Part shown: positions 35,120-46,651 of the stretch, piece after piece
Layout: every line of letters begins with the position of its first letter
Numbering within the stretch: the first letter of the stretch is position 1
Source: the human T2T-CHM13v2.0 reference genome, Homo sapiens
NCBI RefSeq assembly: GCF_009914755.1
Contig: NC_060939.1
Direction: 5' to 3' (one strand)
DNA: 64,000 bases
Notes under the pieces: model-generated
Database searches by the model: none
What the model was told of the DNA's origin: nothing
What the model saw: only the letters and a program-made list of their open reading frames with translations
Position numbers and translations under genes: made by a program

Positions 35120-35352
35120 GGCGGTGGGCGCTGCTTTTTTTCCAGGGAAGGATTCTGGAAGACATAGGAGGAGACGCCAGCATTTCGCCCTCCAGCACCC
35201 CCTGCGGGCTGCGGTCCGCTTCCGGCCTCACTCGAGCAGGCCCCGCCCTCCCAGAGGCCGTTTGTCCAAGTCACGTGATCGTCGAATCTGTTGACCTGGC
35301 GCCACCGGAAAAAGAAATTCCCGGGCCCTGGCTTCTTGGCCTGATGGTGAGG
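35120..35352 (+). promoter_or_regulatory. Duplicated housekeeping-type CpG promoter with an ATG-only first exon (COMMD4-like)
   Basis: ETS CTTCCGG at 35219, GC box at 35240, GTCACGTGA at 35270, CCGGAA at 35305, then GGCTTCTTGGCCTGATG|GTGAGG at 35344-35352. Resembles my recollection of the COMMD4 5' UTR; no exon 2 found downstream. Confidence 0.6.
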
Positions 35353-35584
35353 CACCAGAGGTGAAGCGAGGCATGGGCTGCTGGAGCGGGAATGAGGGGG
35401 CGACAGTGGCTCCGGAAACGGGGGGAGGGTGTCTTCACTGGCCTCTCCGCAAACACAGTGTGTGCGGGTGTGAGGGCTGCAGGTCTGGTAGAGAAGAGTC
35501 CACCGCCATCCCGCTCCTGAGACGGGGGCAGGAGTGGGGGGCAGGAGTGGGGGGCGGGTAAGACAGAGCAGGCCGGCCGGCTTG

Positions 35585-35845
35585 TGGAGGGCGAGGCAGG
35601 CAGATCCCTTGAGCTCAGGAGTTTGAGACCAGACTGGGCAACATGGCAAAACCCCATCTCTACTAAAAATACAAAAAATTAGCTGGGCATGGTGGCACAT
35701 GCCTGTAGTCCCAGGTAGTTAGGAGGCTAGGGTGGGAGCACTGCTTGAGCCCAGGAAGTAGAGGCTGCAGTGAGCCGAGATCATGATGTCACTGCACTCC
35801 AGCCTGGGCAACAGAGTGGGACCCTGTCTCAAAAAATAAAAATAA
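35585..35845 (+). mobile_element. 5'-truncated Alu
   Basis: Alu body with A tail. Confidence 0.85.
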
Positions 35846-37525
35846 AGTGGAAGCATCAGTATGCATGATTGAAGTCATGCTTTCCATCTATTTTTTTCCA
35901 CCTTCCCTTTTTTCTGTCTAAAACATTGTATCTTAAGCTTTTGCCTATGTTATCAAGTACTCATAAGCATTATTTGAATGGTTGTATCATAATCCATTAT
36001 CTGGACTCATTGTCATTTATCCATCTGCAGTTGCTGGAGATACTGCTCTTTCTGCCACACTCAGTCACCCTTCTGACCTTGCACTGTGTCCAGTTACCTA
36101 CTAATACCCATACTGGTCATTTAGGACTTAAGAATAGTTATCATAGTTTTTAACATTCCAAAAAGAATGTGTCTTCCTAAAAATAGAATGGCTTGGTGGT
36201 TATACTTTTAAAGCAAAATAGACAAAGCCATGTTGAAATTAATGTTTTATTTTCTTCTTGTATCTATTTTCACTTCTCTTGTCATTTTGATGGATAAAGT
36301 TTCATTTGGAAGGATTTTTATTTCAAAACAGAAATAGCATATGACATGAGAAGGGGAACTCTGAAAGGTTCAACTTCCTAGTTTACTAAGTTTGTCACAA
36401 AAGCTACTGATAGTCAATCATGATTGGCCTGTATTGAAAGTGAGTTAACATTATGTACAACTTAAGCACTATACTTTCTATCCGATACAGAAAAATAGGT
36501 GGTGTGTTTGGAAAAGTGTTGGGCTAGGAGTCAGGAAGCTTGATTGTTAGTCCCAACCCTGCTTCTTGAGCTGAGCACCCCTAGGCAATAATTCAGCAGC
36601 TATTTCTTAAATACCTAATGAATTTCAGGCTTTGTAGTTGGGCTGGGAATATAGACATAGATACTGCATTCATGATTCTCCAAGCCTCCCTTCCTCACCC
36701 CGGCTCACAGTGAGCTTTCTTATGCATTGTGTAAATTTGTCTCCTAACAGGCCCCAACTCTGTCTCCAACCTCCTTCCCAGGGCAGTTGTGAGGATCAGA
36801 TGAGGGAGAATATGTGTGAAAGCAAATTGTAAATTATTTTAAAATGCAATAAAAATATGATCCATGGAAAATTATTTAAAGATCCTTATTAAAATTATTA
36901 AAGATCCTTAGAATTTTAAATAAACAGTACATTAGGCCGGGCATTGTGGCTTAGGAGAGCGCTGGGTCAAATCAGTCCCCTCCAGCTACGCATTGCCTGG
37001 AGCTGCTCTCCAAGGACCCCTCAGCCACAGAAGGCGCTGGTCCTCCTACAGTGCTGCCCCACCCCCACCACCACAGCCTCCTGGGGGTGCAGTCAGGGGT
37101 GCCCTCCTTCAGGCTCTGCCCCTGCACCCACTCCTACACAACTACTCTCCCGGCCGGCAGCCCCAGAGACCAGATTGGTTTGGGCCTCTGCCTCCGCAGG
37201 CCCGAACCACCATCTCTTCTGCTCCCCAGAAAGCCAGCTCCCAGCACACAGGCAGCGTTCCCTCTTCATTCCTCAACACAGAGGGCCCCTCACAACCCTC
37301 TCAGCAGATGGTAGAGCTCCCCACGCATCCTCTTAAAGAGGCTTCACCGTTGATGGCCACAAGCCCCACCATGACCTCCTCCCAGGGAGTGAATTTTCTT
37401 ACATGTCTCCCACCAGAGCAGGGACAAAATAAAACATAAAAGCAGCAGCTGTTAAATTATCAGTAACATTTCCTACTAGGATCAACTCACGGAGTGGGCA
37501 GTGTATTCCATTAGGTGGATCAGTG

Positions 37526-37861
37526 CAGGGGTTAGCAAGCGTTTTCTGTAAAGGGCCCGATGGGAACTCTTTAAGGCTCTGCAGGCCACTGGGTCTCTGT
37601 CACCACCTACTCAAACCCTCCCCTGTAGCAAGAAAGCAGCCCTAGCAACATGTCAACAGATAAGCGTGGCCACATTCCCAGAAACCTTTCTTTATGGACA
37701 TGGAAGTTTGCATCTCACGTAATTCTCATGTGTCACAAGATACGACTCTACTTTCCATGTTTTCAACCATTTAAACATGTAAAAGCCATTCTTAGCGCGT
37801 GGGCCACACAAAAGCAGGCAGCAAGAAATTTGGCCTTTACACCAACAGCAGCTGACCCCTG
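37526..37861. mobile_element. MER58B hAT element
   Basis: CAGGGGTTAGCAAGCGTTTTCTGTAAAGGGCC...GCTGACCCCTG terminal inverted repeats. Confidence 0.75.
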
Positions 37862-38945
37862 GATGGAGCATTAGAGCTTGGGTGTGTGTCCCACTCCAGG
37901 GCTTCCAGGAGAGGGGATGCAGGCCGATGCCACCTCCACCCCTGTCGCTCTAGGGGAGAGGGCAGAGCTGGTGCTGTATGAAGTTTGGCTGCAGATCCTG
38001 GGCCAGCCCTACACCAAGGCCTTGGAGGACAAAACCAGCCTTGAGTTCTGGGCACTTCAGGGGCAACCGACAAGATGGGTGAAGTGGCGGGATGAAGTGG
38101 GGGGGCGGGGAAGAAGCCTCGGGAAGATGGGGGATGACTGGACAAGACTTTGGTAGAGCTGTGACCCTCTTCATCCTCTCCTGACCCCCCAGCTGACCCT
38201 CGTCCTCAGATCTCTGCAGAACTTTGACCAGTGGTGGTGGAGGAATTCCGGTGGGTCCAGGGTGGCCCTGGGTGACCCAGGGCTCAGACCTGGGTTCTGG
38301 GGTTGAAGGCAGGAGGCTGGAAGAGATGACCTCCCCTAGTCCCCCAAGGCTGCCCAGCCCCCTGAAGTGGGATGATCCTCCCACCAGGCTGGACCCACTG
38401 ACCGTCAGAGTGGGTGCCACCTTCTTCAGGGCGGCATCAGCCCAGGCTCTCGTGTGGGTCTGCACACCCTGGGGGAGGCAGAGGGCCTCTTGGTAGACAC
38501 GGTCATCTCAGACCTCGGTCAGTACCTCCTTCCCTCTGCAGGCCCCCTCCCTCTGTCCATCTGCCTCCTCCCTTGGGCTTGCTGCCTCTACATGCCCTGA
38601 TCTGAAACCTGCCTCCCCTCCTCATGGAGCCCTCCAAGATGCTCCTAGCCCCAGCTCTCTGGTCCCGCAGCAACTTCTGGTGCCAGATTCTGCCTTCTCA
38701 GAAGTCTGGGAGGCAGGGCCCCGCCTGGCCATAGCCTTCTTGGTCTGCTCTAGGCACTGCTAGCCTTGAAGCCTCCAGCCTGCTGGATGCCTCCATCCCC
38801 GGCTATGCTGTGGCTCTCCTCATTCTAGGCCTCCTGCTCGTCACATTCACCCTTGTCCTGGTGAGTGTCTGGCTGGGCCCAGGCTCCTTCCTGAGGGGCA
38901 GGCTGAGCCTTTGATGCCTTGAGCCTTGAGCCAAGCTGAGGAGTG

Positions 38946-39046
38946 AGCAGGCCCCTTTACACCCCTGATTCCCCCACCCAAGCCCAGCATCTCCTCATCC
39001 TCCAGCTGGGGCTGCAGGGTTTGGGGCCAGGGGGCTGGGCCTGATC
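38946..39046 (-). ncRNA. MIR4313: Annotated microRNA hairpin; mature AGCCCCCUGGCCCCAAACCC at 39036-39017
   Basis: The reverse complement matches the miR-4313 precursor as I recall it. Confidence 0.65.
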
Positions 39047-42000
39047 CCAGTGTCCCCACCCTTCTTGTCAAGGTGCTAAAGTGGAGGGCCTCCCATGGGG
39101 TGTTCAGCCTGGGTGTGTAGAAGCACACAGTGTGGTACAGAGGACCCTCTCCAGACAGGTAAGTGGAGGGCGGTTCTCCCTGACCCCACCCCAATTGTTT
39201 GTTCTGGGTGGGGTCCACCGAGCCCCCTGCCAAGGCCTTCTGCAAACACTCCCCAGGGGCTGTTGTGGGCAGCACCTGGGTGGTGCAGTTGGTGTGCCAG
39301 AAAAGCTCCCCAGTACTGTGGGCAGTGGCCCAGGCAGTCAAGCAGACTCCCTCAAGCAGGCCCCACCTACCCCTCGCCTGTTCCCAGCTGCCTCCCACCA
39401 ACCCTAGAAATGATGCTGGGAGCTGACAGAAACTGAACTTAGGAGCACAGGAGGCCAGGAGACCTGGGACAGAGAACAGGAGGTATGGGGAGGGAATCTT
39501 CCTTCCCCCACTTCCCACTGCATGAGGGCCAGACAGTGGCACCTCCAGGTCCTGGAAGGACACGTGTGGACCCAACTCAGTTGGCCCTTTGTCTTATGGC
39601 CTTTCTTCTCCCTCCCCCGGGGCCAGGTGGATGTGGGAGGAGACGAACCACCATCCTGGGTGCACTCAGACTCATTCCCCACTCCTGGCCTTCACTCCCT
39701 TTCCTCTACACACAGGTGACCCCTCATGCTGCTGCTCCCTCTGCTGAAACCCAAACTGCAAACCTCTCCTCTCCCTGCCTTCACCTTGCCCCACGGCTTC
39801 CACAGACAGTGCCTCAACCCCGAGGAATGAATCCGAAGTTCCAACACCACTGACTTTCCCAGGAACTCAGAGCCAGAGAGGGCCAAGGACCAGCTCGAGG
39901 ACACACAGCCAGGGCTTCTTCCCTCCGAAACCCCCAAGGACTGGACTTGCAGGGCTGGGACAGAGGTGGGGTGGGGGAAAGCAATGCCTTGTCAACCCAC
40001 GTGGGGAGCCCCACTCCCATCCCCAAGGTGCATAAAGTTGAGGAACACCCCTGCTCCCACGTCCATGCTCATTCAGGGCCCTGCTCCAAGTGCTTGGCAC
40101 TCACACCAGCCTCCTGCCCTCCACAGGTATTGGTCTCGTTTACAGATGGGGAAATGGTGGCCAAGAGCCTCCCCCAGCACATATAGCTAGACCACACAGA
40201 GGACTTAGGCACAGCTGGGGGGTCCGCAGTCTCTGCTGCCTCACCTGCCACCAAAGTGTGGTCCTGCTGCCAGGTGGCAGGAAGGGGACAGAAGCCCGCC
40301 CCAAAGAGGGCTGGGGCAGGGGCACCCTTACGCCTGCCTGGTCTGGCCCAGTAGGGCTGGAGAGACTGTCAGTCCTAAGAGAAACACTGGCCTTTTGGGA
40401 GTATGGAAAAGTCAGGAAGCAATCCAAAGTTGGTATTTAAAATATTGATTTCTAGATATTTAGATGGTCATCTGGTGTGAGGAGCTGGGAGGGCCCCAGG
40501 GTAGAGTCCACAAGAGGAGGAAGATTGAAAAGGGGTCAGAGTGGAAATGGGAGCTGCTGAGGGCAAGGCCCAACCCCCTCCTTGACTCCCCAAAGCCAGC
40601 CACAGAGCCAGTCAGCCTCAGGCCAGAGGGTGTGAGCAACGGGGACCCTGGCTGCTCTACAGTGGATCAGAGCCACTGGGTGTGGGGAGTCTTCCAGGGC
40701 AGGTGTGGGGCCGCCGGGGCAAGGCAAGCTCCCAGGGCAGAGACTGAGGCCACCCCCTGCAGCCCCACTGCAGGGGGGAACACCGGGATAGGCAAGGGTC
40801 TTAACCCAGAAAGCCCCAGCAGCTCCCGTGCCCATCAGGACACCATTGAGGCTTGGCGGTGGTGGAACCCAGGAATGGTCTTTGAACCCATGACCTGGAA
40901 GGGGGAGCCAAGGATAGTCCTGGCCTGAAAGCTCTCTACCTGCAGGCAGTGTGGAGGCCCAGCGAGGGGACCCCAGGAGCCCAGACCATGAGCTTACGTG
41001 GCCAAAGACAGCAGCCAGCACCAAGACATCAAAGAGGGCGGGTAGAAAGATCATCACATAGGGGTTGACTGCGGCCGGCACCAGGTTCCTCTGTACTTCT
41101 GGAACACACAGGCCTCTCCTTCCTATCCCTGAAGCGCCCATGCCCCCACCCCGGCACCCCGAAAACCAGCCTAACATATGCATTTGTCCTGGGTCAGCCC
41201 CACTGTCCAAGCAACTGCAATTTCTGACTAGAGAGCCAGGGCAGGGCAGGGTGTAGGAGGGGTCCCTGGAAGATGCCCCCAGAATGCCCTGATGCCTAAA
41301 ACGTTCCCCGTTGGGCCTTCTCAGGGAGGGAGGGTTAAGACAGCCTTGTTCTCTCCAGCTACCTCCATCACCACTGGAGCCCTTACAGGCGTCAGGGGAG
41401 AGAATTGGCTCAATGGAGCCAGGAACAGCATGGACACAGCCCTGGGGCTGAGGCTAAGTGGGCTCTGGGAGACCGTCACTCTCTCTTCAAGCTTTGGTCT
41501 CCTGGCCCTCTACAAGCCAGGCTGTTTCAGGCTTTGCGTTAGGCCTTGCTCAGAGACAGAGTTGAAACACAGCTGGTGGACACAGTGGGCTTTAGGGAGG
41601 GGGCACGTACCTGGGGGTGGGGGCTGGGTAACAGGGAACGGAGGCCCTGGGGCTAGCGTGGCCTGTCTGGTGGTGGTGCAATGGGACCTGCACCACCTGA
41701 GGACAGAGGGTCCACCTGGAAGACTGGACCAGCCAGATGGCCACCAAGCTGGATGGCCACCGTCAGAGCCTGCAGGACAGCAGAGGGGGCTGGGAAGGGA
41801 CAGAGGACAGCTGAGGGGCAGGGAACATGGGTTCCTCCATACAGACACATGAGTCTTCCCTAAGTGGGTCTTCCCCGTGAGGGCGAGGGGGCATTCAAGA
41901 CACACCTCCAGCCCACCTCAAACCATCTCAGGAGGCCACCACCAACTCACACAGGCCAGTTGCATTGTCACAGTGACCCCAGAACAGCACAGCCCTGTCC

Positions 42001-44161
42001 TTCAGATGAATAAACAGAGGGAGAGACGCATGTCACAGCCAGGAGCTGGGACTCAGACCCAGGTCCAGCTGCAGTGCTTTCTCGATGGCTCTGCCTGCAC
42101 CTCCTCCAGGACTTAGTTCCTGCTAACAAGTGAGCACTTGAGTACAAGTGAAATAGGTGCTATTATCCCTGTCCAGCTGTCTGGCTGCTGGGGAAAGGGA
42201 AGCAAGGCACAGGTGACTTGCCCAAGGCCAAAGTGACAGGGCTGGTTCAACCCCATCTGTCTCAGCCAGCACATCCCCATGGCAGAGGCTTTACTGTGAT
42301 CCAAACCTGGAAGGTGGAACTCCTTCCAATGTCCCACCCAGGGCACAGAGTATGCAGCCCCATGTTTGGGGAAGTGACCGGGTGGGGAGGTGACAGTGTG
42401 GGAAACAATCCAGCTAGGCCAAGGCCTCATGGAGCCCAGGGTTCCCTAGGACCAGGAGAGCTCTGGAGCCCACCCCGACACCCATTGGAAACCTGGAATC
42501 CGCACCTGCAGGAGATCAGGAGAGGGGTTTGGCCTCCGATGCACCTGCAGCAAGGTGAGACAGGCACAGGTGGGCGCCCTGCTTCCAACCAGCGTCAGGA
42601 GAGCAGGAAGCAGATCTCCTGCCTGACCTTCCTCTCCTGCCTCCCCCAAGCAGAGGAGAAGGGGCAGCCGCCCATCAGGCCATTGCCCAGATTGAAGCCA
42701 CTGAAGCTAGGTCCCAACAGGTGAGTGTGACCCCTGACTATCCCAGGCCCGGCCCAATGCAGTCCTGTCTCTGGTGAGGACCTGGTAGACAGGAGATGTG
42801 ACATCCCCAAGTGGCTCTATAAACCTCTTATTGAGGATAATCAAGGAAATGGGCAAGACCATCACGCTCAGCAAAGAACCTGGCAGGCACGAGGGGGACC
42901 AGGGGCAGGCAAAAGTCAGTTTGGGCCCAGGCCTGGCCCCTGGAAGGATGGTGGATGAGGGGCCAGCCACGGTGAAGGGGAATGGATGGCCACGGGCTGG
43001 GTGGTCAGGACTGTCAGCTCCTGCAGCCCCTGCGGAATGTCTGCCCAGGCCTGGCTCTGCGCTCAGCCTTCTGCCTGGAGCCACAGGTGCCTGGACACCA
43101 GCCTCAAGTAGGGATGGTGGTAGGAAAGGCACTTGTGGCCACACGTGGGCACCTAAGCATGGGACAGAGGGGTATCATGCCCCAAAGAGACTATAGAGGC
43201 CAAGAACTTAAGCAGGTCTGACACCATCAATAAATCCCCTTGTCCTGGGTCACATCAATTAAGTCAGCGCCTACCCTGACCCTGAAGCTGCAGCTCAGTC
43301 TGGTTGAGACACACAGAGATGTTAGTGCTGGGCAGGGGGCCTGGCCCAGCCTGCGATGTCCAGCAAAGCTGTGGGCTGGACAAGATCTCTGAAGATTAGT
43401 CCAGGACAAGGACAGCTGTGTCTGGGCAGGGAGTGGGGGCAATGCTCAGGGGGCAGGAGGCCTGAGGACCTTTAACTAGGTAGGATGCCAGGTCAGGACG
43501 TGCAGAAGGGAAGGTGGCATGACAGCATCCTGCCCGAGGCCAGGCTATAAACCTCGGGGCTGCCCTGTCTAGCCTAAACCATGCTGCCACCCAGATGCCA
43601 TCCTTCAAATGTGAGGCTGGGCTGGGAGAGCCCCCAGACCCCTTATCCCTCCCGCCCCAAGCTGGTTCCCATCCCTCACCAGAAGGAAAGTGAACTCTTC
43701 TATGGGGCACATCCTGCCAGGTTCTCTATCACCTGGGGGAAGGGGTTGGGGGGAGGGGGAGCTGCAGCTGGGTGAGAAAGAGCCCAGGTCCACTCTGTCC
43801 CTACCTGACAGGTGACCTCGGGCAAGCTGCTTTCTTTGCCTGGGGCCAAGGAGAGTCACAGGGGAAGGGCCAGGTTAAGAGGGCTCCACCCTGGAGCCCA
43901 GAGCTACCCACAGAGAAAACCGCCCATCCTCTTGATTCTGCTCCCAGCTCATGCTGCTGGGATAACATCCCCCCCATCAGAGAGGCCGTGGGAGGCAGAG
44001 GCTGACCTTTGCTCCTTCAGGCACCTCAGCAGGTTTGGGTCCACCTTCATCATGATCAGGGAGTGGGTCCCTGGGATCACAAAGGTGAGGGGCAGCTTCT
44101 TGGGCTCCAGGTGCTCCAAGGTACACCCTGCAGGGCACCAGAGCTAGAAGGGCATTGGGGA

Positions 44162-44381
44162 GGCTGGGTGCAGTGGCTCATGCCTGTAATCTCAGCACTT
44201 TGAAAGGCTGATGTGGGTGGATCATGAGGTCAGGAGATTGAGACCATCCTGGCTAACATGGTGAAACCCCATCTCTACTAAAACTACAAAAAATAGCTGG
44301 GCGTGGTGGCACTTGCCTGTAGTCCCAGCTACTCGGGAGGCTGAGGCAGGAGAATCACTTGAACCTGGGAGGCAGAGGTTG
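44162..44381 (+). mobile_element. 3'-truncated AluSc/Y
   Basis: Alu sequence stops abruptly at GGCAGAGGTTG. Confidence 0.85.
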
Positions 44382-45016
44382 AACAGGGCTAGGACCTGAG
44401 CTCTGCCTGGCCATGGTGACTCTGAGCCAAGTAACCCTACATTAGTCTCAGTCTGTCACTGTGTCTCATAGGGGATGTCAGCATTACCTTTGGAGTCAAA
44501 GTAGGTAAGCCAGGGTAACCAGAGTTCCCTGCAGGGACCAAGACCAAAGGATGCAGGGGTCAGGCCTGTCCCAGAAGGTCAGGCTGAACAAGAGGCTGTG
44601 TCAAGCTGGGGCAGCTGAGGTCCTGCCCTTCAGGTTATAGGCATCTGGGTCCTGGTCTAGACCCTCATATGCCATCCAGAGACCCAACCCTAGGGACAAT
44701 TCCTCCCAAGCTGGTAGAAAGAGTAGATCATTGTACTCACCGCACCAAAAGCTCTGAAATGATAGGGCCTGTGGGTGGGGAGAAAGACTCTTCAGGAAAA
44801 TGTTCTCAGGGGCAGGGAAGGTTTGAGCTGGATCTTAGGGCAGCCAGAGAGGTAGGTGACAGGCCCCCTCACAAAGCCTGTCAGATAATGCAGGAGGGAC
44901 ACAGGTGTAGTGGTGGGAATGTTCTGGAAGACAGCAGGAAGCCTCCCACTCACTGATGGGGCTGAGTGAGGTCAGGTCCACACACCAGGAGAAGCTGGAA
45001 TCCGCACACCGGTGCA

Positions 45017-45295
45017 CTTTGTTTTTTGTTTTAGAGACAGGGTCTTACTCTGTTGCCCAGGCTGGAGTGTAGTGGCACAATCATAGCTCATCACAGCCTG
45101 GACCTCCTGGGTTCATGAAATCTTCCCACCTCAGCCTCCTGAGGAGCTGGGACTACAAGTGCATGCCACCGTGCCTAATTTTATTTTTTGTGGAGACAGT
45201 ATCTGGCTATGTTGCCCAGGCTGGTCTCAAGTGATCTTTCCACCTCAGCCTCTAAAAACACTGAGATTACAGGGACAAGCCAGTGCTCCTGGTCA
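45017..45295 (-). mobile_element. AluJ inserted into a relic SEA exon
   Basis: Reverse AluJ; TSD GTGCA(C/T)TTT at 45012-45020 and 45301-45309. Confidence 0.85.
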
Positions 45296-45616
45296 TGCTA
45301 GTGCATTTTGGCTGCCATGGTGCACAGGAGGTATGAGCTGGGGGGTAGAATCTGCTCCTGGACCTCTACCCAGGCCTGCACCCAGACTGACTCCTGGGCT
45401 GCAGGGAGCAGGTGTGGAGAGAATGCAGTGAGCAGAGCGGGCTAGCCAGTGATGGAGACCCAGGCTGGGACTAGGAGAGATAGGGCTGCAACCCTCGGCC
45501 TAGTGGCCCTGCCCAACCCACTGGGGCCAAGATGACTTCCTAGGAGCCAGGCATGGAGGCCAGCATGCACCTGAACTGAGGACAGAAGATTCTGATGAGA
45601 GGGAGGGGGAGGCCTC

Positions 45617-46651
<1,035 letters not shown>

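Larger units (their letters stand above)
36955..39158 (+). pseudogene. MUC1/TRCG1-like mucin-SEA-TM pseudogene; exons about 36955-37386, 37954-38078, 38193-38250, 38388-38517, 38754-38860, 39073-39158
   Basis: S/T/P-rich exon; SEA exons GERAELVLYEVWLQILGQPYTKALEDKTSLEFWALQGQPTRW | LTLVLRSLQNFDQ-VVVEEFR | LDPLTVRVGATFF..VISDL; TM exon ASIPGYAVALLILGLLLVTFTLVL; tail VLKWR. AG/GT sites; phases 1-0-2-1-0. Confidence 0.82.

Noticed and set aside
36850-36915. Short direct repeats (AAATTATT(T)AAAGATCCTTA twice; similar pairs at 27370-27405, 32820-32860, 47620-47690)
   Set aside because: Two-copy local slippage duplications with no spacer array; not CRISPR-like.
41292-41863. Plus-strand ORFs of 186 and 60 aa
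   Set aside because: Better explained as the antisense shadow of minus-strand SEA-gene exons.
44744-44756. Minus-strand TTTCAG|13 nt|GTGAGT microexon candidate
   Set aside because: The length breaks frame, and the flanking exons already join in phase without it.
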